From: an uncultured virus (IMG/VR IMGVR_UViG_3300013110_000406)
Lineage: Duplodnaviria > Heunggongvirae > Uroviricota > Caudoviricetes
IMG/VR virus record: IMGVR_UViG_3300013110_000406
Strand: one strand, 5' to 3'
DNA: 64,000 bases
The stretch's first letter is position 1. Every line of letters starts with the position of its first letter. Below are positions 11,201 to 20,697 of the stretch, piece after piece. Under the pieces are notes generated by a model. That model did no database searches. It was not told the origin of the DNA and saw only the letters and a program-made list of their open reading frames with translations. The position numbers and the translations under genes are program-made.

Positions 11201-14200
11201 TGGGCAAGCAGTATTAAACTATTTAACGCTTGATCGAGCATCTGGTAGTCATTACGATTTTGAGCTTGATTATGGCATAACTGATAACAGTGGCTCTTAT
11301 GCCAATAAGTCGGTTATCATCACGCGCTTCGGAGCCCCCGGCTCTCGCGAGACCATGGCAAGAGGATACCAAGACTTCAAGTCTTCCGAATTCTCAGCAT
11401 ACAATGCCACCCCTTATAGAAACTTAAGCGTTTTAAATGCAGGACAATCAAATGAAATAGACGCCCAAACTAAAGTGGGGGGTTTTGGCTATATTGTAAA
11501 CGATCTTCATAACAGGCCTTTTGGTTTAAACCAACACTTAACACGCCACACCGCACGCTTTGGACGTGACGATATGGCAGTAACAGGCACAACTTTCGCT
11601 ACAGACGGTCCAGGCGCCTCCTACAATCAATTGCCCGGATTTCACAAGGTACATCGAAACGTCAAGAGAAGACTTGAAACCATAGGAGACGGTTCACAGG
11701 TAACGGCTAGTGTATACGATAACTGGTATGTTAGACATCAAATCCCACGATCAGATATGCAATATACATGGATTACCGCATCTTTGGTAAGCAACAATGA
11801 TCATTTTGGTTACTTGCCTGCCAGTTACGAAGTAAGCACTTCGGCAGGATACACGGAACCTTATAATTTTGTGAGCGCCAGCGATTTTGGAATCTACCAA
11901 TACACCGGTTTCGGTGGTGGACTCTGGCGATTAGGCGCCACTAAGAAGATGGTTCAAAATTACTATACCATCGGTGTTGATGCTGATTTTTTACCCTTAG
12001 ACTTTGCTGGGATGAATACTATTATATATGACCACTTTTCTGCAAGTTCTAATGTGCTCGGGTTGCGCTCACCGGAGAGTGTTTACGACTATAATCTCTA
12101 TGACCCACCCCAGACTAGGTTTTATTTCAACACTACTGTGATCACAAACGCGGGATTGATTAATCCAGGCATCCCGGGCTGGCTATGGGGCGCTCCGATT
12201 CCCAAGGGCGCATTCGACGCGCGCGCATTTAACCTGTTGAACCTTCACCGTAATGGCCCTTACGGATGGCCAATCTTTAAGCAGATTGATTATAACAATC
12301 CTCTCACTCGTTATGAACGCCGCAATAATCAGATTTCAATCTTAATGGCCGATTCTGGCGCTTATGGTACCGATTTCAAAACTTTCGACTTAAGTCCAGT
12401 TTCAATGCGCGCACACCCTGGCAAGATCAACTTTGATAATAATTCTCAAGATATGACTATTGTGGCTAGTCATAACAACGCGAGAATCTTTTTTAAGGAA
12501 GCTGAACTTAACGATCTTGTGAATATTAACTATTCTGATATTGTAACTCCCTTTGAGCAAATGCTTGACGTCACGACTATGGGAGACAGGTATAGCACCA
12601 ATTGGATTATGTATAGTCAACAGTTATACCCATCAGAGAGAAATGAGTTTGAAAGCTATATCACTAAGAGAACTGGATATAACAATAAATTCTGGCGTTC
12701 AACACAAGCGCAGCGTATCGATCAAGCTCAAGGTGACGGTGTTCCTCCGTTGCGAGGCGGAACCCTTATCCCTAATTCGTGGGGATGCCCGTGGCTCGCT
12801 CCCCTTCCGGATCAGCGCGCCGCAGCAGGCATGTATGGTGGCAACTATATTCAACTTACACAATCATCATGGCCATTAGATCCTGTTAAGGATTTTCTCA
12901 CGCGTCCTCAAGCTACTCGGCACCCACGCTTAGGTGCCGGCTCGCCGGCTTCCTACAGAGAGGGCGGTATTAAGTTTAGAAACTCAGGCTCCGGCGAGCT
13001 TCAGAATCAATATATTATGCCGGCATTTCGGCCCTCTTATTTAGCATATGTGGTTGGTGTTGGAGACTTTGGCTCGCCCGGTGCGCTATATTCTCGTAAA
13101 CAAACACTAGGCTCTTACAAATCCGTTGTAAGTCCCTATGGCATTGTGCTGCCTAGCACGGGCGCCCTATCTTCTGCACTAGATCCTCGCGAACAAATTG
13201 AGACTTTTGCAGGAGAGGCAGTTTGGGATTGTCCCACTTATGCCGGCATTAACATTCAAACTGGAAGCACCTTTACTTTCCAATCTCAAAGTTCCGATCC
13301 TTGGTTTAGCGATTACGAGACATTCCAGTACGATTTGAAACTAGCAGCGAAAGACTATTCTATTGTACCGGAATTCCGCATTAGCGAGCATATTGCGGAT
13401 TTTAAGAAATATGGATTATTCGGTGCACATAATAGTGATATTTTCGAAATTCCCGGTACCGGCATTAATAGTGCAAAGAGCAGCAGCTTCTACCGCGATT
13501 ATTCTAATTCTGAATTTATGAAGGGCTTTTTAAATATTAAAGAAGATTCCGGTATTTTACCACGCGAGATAGAAATCGAATGTGAAGCAGCCATTAGATT
13601 TAATCCTTATAAAGGATTTTACCCCGTTCAGCGCTCATTAGATCTTGTATCCCAATGGTCTAGTTCCTATGCAGACGGGATCACTGTAACCGTTGATGGA
13701 GATGGCACAACCTCGATGGGCCCAACAATTGGTTCCAGTAGTTTCGGACAGAAGTTGCTTACCGATATGGGGCTCTATATTAGACCTATGATCGCGCCTC
13801 TCTTTGCGCCCGGTATTCTCTACAATTCTATTAAGTCTGGAATGGCGGTAGATTATCCTGTTGTCACAGACGATACAAAGATATTGCGCTGGCCGTTTTT
13901 CTCTGCGTCTATCGACACCTCCGGGGTCGCCGACACGATTAAGGGACCAGAGAAGCGAGATACTTGGGCTTTGACAATCAACCCAAATACCTTAAAAGTT
14001 AGCGCTAACGATACTAACGGATATGATGGAAAGTCTTTCTTTGATAAGAGACTTCCATTTGAAACCATGATCAAGCCTGAAGGTCAGATAGATGGGATGC
14101 AATTCATTGATATGGAATCAAATATTTCTTGTTCAGCTTTGACAACTGCTTCATTTGCTAGTCCTGCTGTCGATGATAATTATACTTTAATGGCTAGCAA

Positions 14201-16424
14201 TTATTTTGCCGAGATTGGGAACTTTTTCCTTAAAGATTCTCACTATACTAAATTAGAATCAGATATTATTGCTGATAAGCTTAAATTTGAGAGCGGGAGC
14301 GTGTATGCAGCGCGCATTAAACTTAAGAGATCCTATATCGGCGCACGTACATATGAAAATGAAATCGATTCCGGCGGGTTTACCTTTGCTGCTAATGGAA
14401 CCCAAGGCCGATGGCGCCTCTTTGGCGGCGCCGGCCAAGAGATTGATGATCTACCATATCCTTCCGGTGCTTATTTTCCTGTGCCTCAAGATCCAACTCG
14501 ACAAGACGGCTTTAGAGAGAGTTTCACCCTTTACAGTCGACCAACTGCCTTTGGCCCGCCAATAGCCGCTTTGCGCAAGACAGGATCAAATGCGCATGTT
14601 CCCAATGATACCACGGTTGCGCAACTCGAAACCGCGATTAGCGAACAAACGGGTAATTACCCTCACGATTCTATTAATGGGTTTAACTGGGCGTTTACTC
14701 CCCCTTACTATGATGGAGAATCATGGGCAGATGTTATTTTCCGACCTGATTCCACTAAAGAATATAGTGTCCAAGATATCTTAGCCGATTCTAAAGTACG
14801 CTACTGGCGCCATGACGCCGGAGGTCCCCATGGCGCGGATTCGTTAGGCTTCGTGGGAAACCTTTCCGGAGCTTATATTGGTTTGTCCCGCGGTATTTAT
14901 GATGGAGAAAATATTAACCGTAATGCGATGCAAATATCTGCTAGTATTAATTTGTTTGGATTTGAACAAGTGCCATTTACCGAAAGAGATGCTTTCGGGA
15001 ACGTGGTAACTACCCGCGACACCACGACAGGAACTCGATGGGTTCTCCAGCCTAAATTTGAAACCCCGCACTTAAACTTTAATGATGCTTATAACCAAGC
15101 ACAAATGCCTATTTATGGTTCTGCTTCTGTGCCAATTGGGATTTGGCACCAATTTGGCAAAATCCCCACAAATCCAGAGGTAGGAATTTTCTTAGAGATT
15201 GACGATATACCAGAACAATGGCAAAAATATCACTATGATATGTTTTATTATGACAGCATCTATAATGATAATAATGCGGCCTCTTTTGTGGCGGGCAAAA
15301 CACCATTTAGATCATTGACTGATGTTTTTGGATTCAAGTCCAATAGTAAATCTAAACGTCTAGGAGAATTGGCCGATTCGCAAACACTTAGAGAGGCTAT
15401 TGTGGCTATCCCATATTATACGGAACAAACCCCTGGTGATTATAGTTTGACTACCGAGAAGACCGCCCGAACCCAGTATACTAAAAAATTCATTAGTATT
15501 CCCAAGGAAAGAATACAAGCCGCAGCCGAAGAGCAAGTGGGTTCTCTAGAAGGAGATTCTTTGGACACTGCGGGGTCTTCGATTAGAAAGCTTTTACAGA
15601 AGATGGATCGCTACGTCCTTCCTCCGCAATTTGATTTTAAATCTAATAAAAACATTGATCCTATTGCTATGTATATTATAGAATTTGAATATAAACTAGA
15701 CAAAGACGATTTGTCCTATATTTGGCAAAATATGGCACCGAGAGATTATAAGAAGCTTTCATTCCAGAAATCATCTGTAGCCCACGAATTGATGGACACA
15801 GAATTATTATCGGGGCATAATATTCTTGAGAGCGAAAATTTACGCTGGATGGTGTTTAAGGTTAAACAAAAATCGCAAGCCTTTTATGATGATTCTGTGG
15901 TCGCACAAATCGGACAGACAACTAGAGACGCCTTTATTCAGCAACGCCGAAGAACCGAGCAAGGCTATAATCTAAATTACAACTGGCCTTATGACTATGT
16001 ATCTTTTGTTGAGATGGTTAAAGTAAACGCCAAGGTGCTTTATGGCGGCCGCAGCACCGGTGTTCAAGGAGAACGAGTGCCTGCTGGTCAAAACGAACGT
16101 GTTCCTGTCTTAGAAACGCCAGCGCGCGAAGGGTCGCGAACTCTTCCGAGAGCGGCAGCAATAAATGAACAAGTAGCGGAAAGAGTACGAGCCCTCCCCC
16201 GGAGAGCACGACGCCGCGCCGCCCGCGGAGCCAGAGGCCGCCAAGCGACTCTTCCGCTTGCCGATCAACAAACACGAGCAACTGCTCGTCGCCAGGGGCG
16301 CCGGCGTAACAACACTAATACCACACGCCGCGCAACTAATCCGACTCGCACGCGAAGAACTCGCCGCGGCAGAGGCGGTGGCGGTAATCGCGGCGGAGGT
16401 GGCCGCGGCGGCGGAGGTTATTAA
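5241..16424 (+). CDS. Giant 3727-aa virion protein with LamG/concanavalin-A-like domains and an Arg/Gly-rich C-terminal tail
   Basis: Uninterrupted ORF; LamG motifs SIEFWLK..WTHVALV..KLYING..MDEFRFW and WNHVAVTWD..FFVNG..GAMDEVSIW..LRAWYRMGD; baseplate context. Confidence 0.75.
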   Translation: MSIKKLFGSVEDGRNYLSDTDQKEAFKDVESERNLEQLKEKQSNFVPQVDYSDPRFFARFGSAYYYYKGAMERITDYYPYDGSDAEINGFYNKLLDVEKYIFNNLYPRTNGYVELGEATTTSLSKLSGGYATPTTKEYITLKGGPNAIDSAGSLVKASNNPYSDKFQYSNVYDTSIYTTAGLPSDYGVGTRQSNLQCNFDTGVSIEFWLKKPTFGTCPETVFDLWTSGSQSGSVDYGRITVELTGASGVSPFLLTVQSGSAVSIEPGMTAAGIFQQSIGSGITAASLDTWTHVALVMYNTGSDFASKLYINGGLNDTYVTGSTTINQLKQKDTFARIGALLTAPSGAAATADSAVADYDGINKLSASMDEFRFWKEKRSGEDIGRYWFSQVRGGTNTDISNTTLGVYYKFNEGITETSSVDSNVLDYAGRITNGVWTGYGTNSRSTGSAMIESSASAQEYKDPIIYSSHSSVSNLKSELLATGSYHDAQNNSMFRNYAPSWIIEEAEQLGNNNLDVVSHIVGTYFDRVHLLSQQVPKLRGINYTSASSEPVPFAQHLPQSLGLYTPEIFIDANVMERFLNRNNDMLFENDLDETKNLIYLNLYNNLANIFKSKGTERSLRNVLRCFNIDEQIVKINTYAKNTTFPLSNNYEQVIEKVSYANFDKKENRTAVIYQRADSTNPNSRGYIPTGSKPGSEGGTEYANYEMQYGCTIEGQIMFPHWSVDYSDNQRDYTTVSLFGGITPYTSSADGLTGADTSANYPDYTNFQVQAIKTGPNSKDVYFKLTSSAPAYGVPEQFPTLTSSVFSNVYDNTTWNLSVRVKPKLDGPITTVSGASVTQYDVIFEGINIDLGTIENSFTVGGVVSAATGSASDFLTRPKRLYVGAQRTNLTGPVVHKSDVLVGSLRYWAKALNTGSLSQHAHDIDNYGISGSYQSVAAIDTANKSADVLNLNTLALNWAFNQLSSSNSTGVFVVPDISSGSTSLATDYGPMGTITGYQHNGYGYDFPNSSTDAIEKRLTNTFKFISPERATSADAIQILSEDDKVFGITETVPNYVYTVEKSMYRAVSEEMLDFFAGVVDFNNVIGAPVNRYRGRYKSLEKLREIFFRKVTKTSQVEKFVEYYKWFDDAIGHIMAQMVPASSDFVADVYNTVESHVLERNKYQTKYPSLETKQNHPEAQMEGVGGLGITYKNYSSPVPASPRNTNQNIQYWLKKAKRSEPEITSGNPTIDTQRENMRQIINTAPRASTKPGELMTSGIAGSGTKYFQDFYPQRNYQKLYKLKSYDADASIHGGVNFSKDQNIQYTYNSLYPFGPVSTEENRFIPLNVLVGLTSDLVSIQDFEDDRELRRKVKRVFKVQSARRWYQDEGYSDVKSSMAFPFNIMSSSLNSGYNKEVQTKVGANIEITNLHNDTYGQAMGTPMQGPFTEKYVGGHQSRHITYNSGATDTYLTRPEAWKLLLGQCADQGSGAIGMASPTYPYPDIGAPPSSAYGRIDFTSNPITDNSVTISDGDTSLTFTIPFMNTYATHHADQVRSYIVIGGDNSSSYGNPTLAEPQYFDIDAGTYSCWISGSIPMTGNGNLIIMGVNHATFNFSLIDDGSTPPGSSPASKLRLTQQWLNGASAGSTVNSYWTTDNKEVPLGQWNHVAVTWDATTTGSTEPVFFVNGVQVDSSRDGSAVPTAAGSTLRLALKARSGLPSGNPKVTCLIGGYNASNAISGAMDEVSIWQLSMSADQISELYATGSVTDLMQHSVYTSNNSNLRAWYRMGDDPNDAIDGTGVYDLGTNSIVDQTGRYNGTPGEDMTVDFATNVITSSATGDNIAWTRGGNTNATAVNLTTAINAQSFNIVASNPEGDAETITVSNTKYGVPTSTKKEARGSLGNVSLSRVGSRISVEGMQGGSDPQIINFNAPRATYYREELAKRPVNIRNIQMTTGSTIIGNYQNNYEVVSTVGAFANPRDFIENQPTLPSVITTKTNLNRGGANRFTGRTGQAVLNYLTLDRASGSHYDFELDYGITDNSGSYANKSVIITRFGAPGSRETMARGYQDFKSSEFSAYNATPYRNLSVLNAGQSNEIDAQTKVGGFGYIVNDLHNRPFGLNQHLTRHTARFGRDDMAVTGTTFATDGPGASYNQLPGFHKVHRNVKRRLETIGDGSQVTASVYDNWYVRHQIPRSDMQYTWITASLVSNNDHFGYLPASYEVSTSAGYTEPYNFVSASDFGIYQYTGFGGGLWRLGATKKMVQNYYTIGVDADFLPLDFAGMNTIIYDHFSASSNVLGLRSPESVYDYNLYDPPQTRFYFNTTVITNAGLINPGIPGWLWGAPIPKGAFDARAFNLLNLHRNGPYGWPIFKQIDYNNPLTRYERRNNQISILMADSGAYGTDFKTFDLSPVSMRAHPGKINFDNNSQDMTIVASHNNARIFFKEAELNDLVNINYSDIVTPFEQMLDVTTMGDRYSTNWIMYSQQLYPSERNEFESYITKRTGYNNKFWRSTQAQRIDQAQGDGVPPLRGGTLIPNSWGCPWLAPLPDQRAAAGMYGGNYIQLTQSSWPLDPVKDFLTRPQATRHPRLGAGSPASYREGGIKFRNSGSGELQNQYIMPAFRPSYLAYVVGVGDFGSPGALYSRKQTLGSYKSVVSPYGIVLPSTGALSSALDPREQIETFAGEAVWDCPTYAGINIQTGSTFTFQSQSSDPWFSDYETFQYDLKLAAKDYSIVPEFRISEHIADFKKYGLFGAHNSDIFEIPGTGINSAKSSSFYRDYSNSEFMKGFLNIKEDSGILPREIEIECEAAIRFNPYKGFYPVQRSLDLVSQWSSSYADGITVTVDGDGTTSMGPTIGSSSFGQKLLTDMGLYIRPMIAPLFAPGILYNSIKSGMAVDYPVVTDDTKILRWPFFSASIDTSGVADTIKGPEKRDTWALTINPNTLKVSANDTNGYDGKSFFDKRLPFETMIKPEGQIDGMQFIDMESNISCSALTTASFASPAVDDNYTLMASNYFAEIGNFFLKDSHYTKLESDIIADKLKFESGSVYAARIKLKRSYIGARTYENEIDSGGFTFAANGTQGRWRLFGGAGQEIDDLPYPSGAYFPVPQDPTRQDGFRESFTLYSRPTAFGPPIAALRKTGSNAHVPNDTTVAQLETAISEQTGNYPHDSINGFNWAFTPPYYDGESWADVIFRPDSTKEYSVQDILADSKVRYWRHDAGGPHGADSLGFVGNLSGAYIGLSRGIYDGENINRNAMQISASINLFGFEQVPFTERDAFGNVVTTRDTTTGTRWVLQPKFETPHLNFNDAYNQAQMPIYGSASVPIGIWHQFGKIPTNPEVGIFLEIDDIPEQWQKYHYDMFYYDSIYNDNNAASFVAGKTPFRSLTDVFGFKSNSKSKRLGELADSQTLREAIVAIPYYTEQTPGDYSLTTEKTARTQYTKKFISIPKERIQAAAEEQVGSLEGDSLDTAGSSIRKLLQKMDRYVLPPQFDFKSNKNIDPIAMYIIEFEYKLDKDDLSYIWQNMAPRDYKKLSFQKSSVAHELMDTELLSGHNILESENLRWMVFKVKQKSQAFYDDSVVAQIGQTTRDAFIQQRRRTEQGYNLNYNWPYDYVSFVEMVKVNAKVLYGGRSTGVQGERVPAGQNERVPVLETPAREGSRTLPRAAAINEQVAERVRALPRRARRRAARGARGRQATLPLADQQTRATARRQGRRRNNTNTTRRATNPTRTRRTRRGRGGGGNRGGGGRGGGGY

Positions 16425-16426
16425 TT

Positions 16427-17548
16427 ATGGCTAAATTTTTAAATAAAAAAGAACAAGTTATCGATTTTAAGCTGACTAATTATGGTCATTATTTATTATC
16501 GATTGGCAAAATGAAGCCTGTCTATTATGCGTTCTTCGATGATAATGTTTTATATGACGGAGAATATGCTGGAATTACCGGTAGCCAAAACAGCATCCAT
16601 GAAAGAATTAAAGATAACACTCCGTATTTGGAAGGACTTACTCATTTCACAAATATTGACGCTGAAATTCTGAAAGTATCCGAAGGCACTACAGACGGCA
16701 CCGGCGTGCCCGTTCTTGAGGACGATCAAGGGCGCCAGTCCAAGTTTTATTTTGCATCGGATCTTACCGCTATAATGCGCGAGCCAAAAGTAGAAAACTT
16801 AAAAGCTTCTTCAATGATTGGAGATGCTGCTTTGGATGGGGATAAACAAAAAGCCGCCGCTTGGAAGGTAGTCTCATTGCAGGGGCAAATTTCTGCTTCC
16901 TCTCAAGTGGATGCTAAAAATGATATTCGTATCCCTCAATTAGATATTCAATTAAATTATGTTAAAAAAATCATTAGTTCGGAAATCGATGCCAACCCCA
17001 CAGATATTCGCGATTTGATGGATAATGTTGGAGGCTTTGTTGATAACAAGGCAATTACATTAGAAATGGACAATTTGATGATTTATGCCGAAGAGGTTAA
17101 TACTGAGCTATTTACTGAAAATTTTGATATTGAAGTGTTTAAAGTTGAGGCCGGCGATTATGGCTGCAGTGGTTCTCTTCATCCCGCCACCGGAAAGTGT
17201 GTACCGAATTCATCAGGCGAGGGAGGAGTATATACAGGTTCATATGCCGACTCTTTCGATAGAAAATATTTTGAGAAAAAAGCCTCACAAATAGTTAATA
17301 ATATGATGATCTCCCCCACACCTATAGAAAATATAGGACAAGTATTAACTACGGGAAGTGTAGAATATTATTTTGATGTTAAAAGAGATAGTGAAATAGA
17401 CGCAACAACTGCATGCAAGAGCGCAGAAATATTTAATAGATCATCTTATTATATCGATCTTGACTTTGATTGTGATATGGAAGATGAAGATTTCAGTATA
17501 TTAGATATTTATGGTAGAGTAACGGAGTCCGAGATATGCCCGACTTAA
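16427..17548 (+). CDS. Structural protein; N-terminus paralogous to 25935 and 27073
   Basis: MAKFLNKKEQVIDFKLTNYGHYLLSIGK...FFDDNVLY aligns by eye with MAFLDNSGDIILDAVLTDTGRRRLSEG...LGDDEIQY. Confidence 0.6.
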   Translation: MAKFLNKKEQVIDFKLTNYGHYLLSIGKMKPVYYAFFDDNVLYDGEYAGITGSQNSIHERIKDNTPYLEGLTHFTNIDAEILKVSEGTTDGTGVPVLEDDQGRQSKFYFASDLTAIMREPKVENLKASSMIGDAALDGDKQKAAAWKVVSLQGQISASSQVDAKNDIRIPQLDIQLNYVKKIISSEIDANPTDIRDLMDNVGGFVDNKAITLEMDNLMIYAEEVNTELFTENFDIEVFKVEAGDYGCSGSLHPATGKCVPNSSGEGGVYTGSYADSFDRKYFEKKASQIVNNMMISPTPIENIGQVLTTGSVEYYFDVKRDSEIDATTACKSAEIFNRSSYYIDLDFDCDMEDEDFSILDIYGRVTESEICPT

Positions 17549-20500
17549 ACATTAAAGGAAGCACACTAGATAATTTTGGTGAGCATTTGCCCACCCCTAT
17601 TATTGAATATGTGGGCATTCGCGCCGACAAACTTGAAGTCCAAGTTTCTTTGTATTTTGATTTCACGGATCTTGAAAAAGATACAGTTACATTTTTAGAA
17701 TATTTCACCGAGATAACAAAAGCTCCGCTGTATGTAACTGTTGCTTATGTGATTGGTGATACCTACGCACAAGCCGTCATCGACAAGACCCAACCGGATA
17801 TTTTTAAAGAACTATATATGACGCCCGGATCCGTTTGTGCTGGCGCACAATTTGATTTCAAGGATGGTTCTCGGGGGTGTGCTACATATTCGAATTATAA
17901 TACCGTTTTTTTCGATGACGCTAGCGGAGCGGGAGACTGGATCGTTTCGGATCAAAACTTTTATACTGATGATGATAAAAAAATAGTACAATATACCACG
18001 ACCCTTACCTTAGATTTTGAAGTCGGAAACAAAAATTTTGATATTAATAATTTAGACAACAATATCTTTATAGCTCCTGCGACAGGCACTGATAATAGTC
18101 TAGCTGATGAGTTTGGCGGTGCCATCACAGTTTTTGCTTTTTCTTCGTGGTACGATCTCGCTTCACCGGAATTCTCGGGCTGGAACCCGGCCACAAGTCA
18201 ACAACCTTTTCCTGTTAAAGAAATTGAAATAGACGATGGCTATAGGAAGCTGCCGACCTTTTATATGGATTTAATGCCCCCGCTTGCTCGTCAGCAAGTA
18301 TCTGATATTTCTTATCAACAAGTTTTTAAAGACGGAAACGCATACACAGATCCCGAAGTTCTCTTTGCAGATGCGGCCGGCATCGTTTATAATCATACTC
18401 CTATTTTATCTATTAATGGAAAATACTATAAACAAGACGGCTACACACTGGAACAAATAGTAGAAGATTTTAGTAGTCTTATATCAGCCTCTGCTATCTT
18501 AGACGAGCCTACCACCCAATTAGAATCGATTTTAAATGATTTAGCCTCGACGCTCGAAATCTACGGAGAATCTAGCGAGCTTTTAATTCGTCTTAACTTG
18601 ATCCGTATCGCCTTTCCAGAAAAATCGACTGCCACCGAAGTAGGAAGATTTTATGAATTGGTTAAAACTCGATTCTTTAATGCTGAACAGGGAGTAGCAA
18701 GCGGTACTCAAGTCTTCGAACAACTAGTTCATACATCTAAAGTTCGTGATTTGCGTACTGTGCTACATGGCACATATACTCCTACTGACCAATCAGAGGT
18801 GCCTGTTATTTACGGTCAGAATAGAGGATTTAACGAAGGATTGGTGACTTCTTTAAAAATCTGGGAGTATGGAGCAGACGAGCAATCCGATAGCTCGGTT
18901 TTTCTTAGAAATGGTTTTTGGTTTTTTGATATGGAGTCCGCAACGGAGAATTATAGCAATCTAGGCCGCGTGTTCTCTATGTCCGGACTCAAAGCTAAAT
19001 ACGGCCCAGAAATAATTGCGGCCTCTTTTAAGGTCAAAGAAGCACGCGTCAAAAAATGGATTTTTAGCGGAGATCCCCAGCGGCCGCAGGTACCTCGGAA
19101 TTTAGAGGGGTATGTAGAACAATATCCCTCGGTAACCGAAATCCATGAAAGCTATCTAGATTGGGTATCGACTATCACGAGTGAAATTGATTACGTGGGG
19201 TACACCAATGCACCAATCTCACATAAATACATTCCGCAGACGTCCAAAATAAAGATGGAAACTAATAGCGCGTTCCCTGATCAAATGACAGAGACCGGCA
19301 TCTATTTTTCAACTGTCGCCCCAACGATAAACCCACAAACTGGCAAGCCAGCGTCCGTCGATCCGTGGGAGGGCGTCTCTCATTATCTATCGTATCTTTT
19401 ATTAAGAGGAGTAGATGCTTTGGCTGACAGCCAGCTAGACAATTCATATGGACTAATGACTTTCCAATTTCAAGATATAGAAAAAAGCTTTGAGTCCCAG
19501 GCCGGTTCGAAAGCCCATAAGGATAAGGATATAGTTTATTCATTCGAAGTTGATGTGGAAGACACCGGCAAGGTAATCATTCAAGCGTTAACTGCTTCAT
19601 ATATAGACTTGTTTGAAAACGAACTAAAACCTTATTATAACTTTGCGAGCGAAAATTGCAGCTATAATAATGTCGATGGAAAATTCAATTCTTTTTTCAC
19701 GGAAGGAGTAATGAATTATTACAGCAATGTAGACAAAGATCGCACTCCGTGGGTTTTGGCCGCGGCCCAATTCATCACTTTTCGCGATATGACCACCAAT
19801 GCCTATGGAGGAGATATCGAAACGATGACCGAGGCAGCCCGTTCTATTGTCGGAAAAATAAACCCGGTTAATGGAAATCTGGAAGACTTAACTGTATTTT
19901 ATAACAACTATAAAGAATTTGCCGACTTGTATTTAGAAGAAGGAGATGTTTATAAAATAGTAGAGGCGATGGAGGATGTCACCACTTACCAATTTGGCCA
20001 AAAGAATGTGTCCCATGGCGATAATACCGTAGTACAATACTTCCCTCTCCCGGATCCCGTGCCAATTACTACAGACGCGCTAACGGCACCTACGGGATGC
20101 CAAATTGCATCATGTCCATCCGGTCAAGAACTTCGGCTTCCTACTGAAGAAGGATGTTACTGTGATGACTCGAATATCACGACCGTGATAGAGCGCACTA
20201 TCACGGCCTGGGACAACTCAAACACCCAGTACGAATACGGCTCAACCGCCTATAGACAGTCCGAGACCTTGCCTGACTTTGTCGACCGCATGCATGGATA
20301 TTTCAAAGATATACTCCGAGGCTGTGTTGATTGCAGCCAGCGCGAGATCTCACATACGACCCATATCAGTCTGTCAGAAGAGTCCAAACACCGCCACGGA
20401 CTTGAATGGGATCAGGTTTATGTCGCGGCCTCAACCGAGTGGTTGGAGAAGTCTTGGCGAGAATACTATGATGAGATCGAGAGCGTGCTCTTGTGGTCCT

Positions 20501-20682
20501 CCGAGAGAGAAGAGCATAAAGATGCTTTGATTCTTTGGTGTCAATGGGCTTGGAATAACTGTCACTTAACCAGCCATGGCCGCACTGCCACAGGCGTAAA
20601 CTGGGAGCAGTACATAGATGGTAGCTCATCTACCACCTTGGAAGCCGGCCCTGGCTGGGGCTATGGCTTGAAAAGTTCGTAA
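17536..20682 (+). CDS. Large hypothetical virion protein (1048 aa) with a Cys-containing C-terminal region
   Basis: Long ORF overlapping the previous stop; tail module context. Confidence 0.6.
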   Translation: MPDLNIKGSTLDNFGEHLPTPIIEYVGIRADKLEVQVSLYFDFTDLEKDTVTFLEYFTEITKAPLYVTVAYVIGDTYAQAVIDKTQPDIFKELYMTPGSVCAGAQFDFKDGSRGCATYSNYNTVFFDDASGAGDWIVSDQNFYTDDDKKIVQYTTTLTLDFEVGNKNFDINNLDNNIFIAPATGTDNSLADEFGGAITVFAFSSWYDLASPEFSGWNPATSQQPFPVKEIEIDDGYRKLPTFYMDLMPPLARQQVSDISYQQVFKDGNAYTDPEVLFADAAGIVYNHTPILSINGKYYKQDGYTLEQIVEDFSSLISASAILDEPTTQLESILNDLASTLEIYGESSELLIRLNLIRIAFPEKSTATEVGRFYELVKTRFFNAEQGVASGTQVFEQLVHTSKVRDLRTVLHGTYTPTDQSEVPVIYGQNRGFNEGLVTSLKIWEYGADEQSDSSVFLRNGFWFFDMESATENYSNLGRVFSMSGLKAKYGPEIIAASFKVKEARVKKWIFSGDPQRPQVPRNLEGYVEQYPSVTEIHESYLDWVSTITSEIDYVGYTNAPISHKYIPQTSKIKMETNSAFPDQMTETGIYFSTVAPTINPQTGKPASVDPWEGVSHYLSYLLLRGVDALADSQLDNSYGLMTFQFQDIEKSFESQAGSKAHKDKDIVYSFEVDVEDTGKVIIQALTASYIDLFENELKPYYNFASENCSYNNVDGKFNSFFTEGVMNYYSNVDKDRTPWVLAAAQFITFRDMTTNAYGGDIETMTEAARSIVGKINPVNGNLEDLTVFYNNYKEFADLYLEEGDVYKIVEAMEDVTTYQFGQKNVSHGDNTVVQYFPLPDPVPITTDALTAPTGCQIASCPSGQELRLPTEEGCYCDDSNITTVIERTITAWDNSNTQYEYGSTAYRQSETLPDFVDRMHGYFKDILRGCVDCSQREISHTTHISLSEESKHRHGLEWDQVYVAASTEWLEKSWREYYDEIESVLLWSSEREEHKDALILWCQWAWNNCHLTSHGRTATGVNWEQYIDGSSSTTLEAGPGWGYGLKSS

Positions 20683-20697
20683 AAGGAGAAAATTTAA

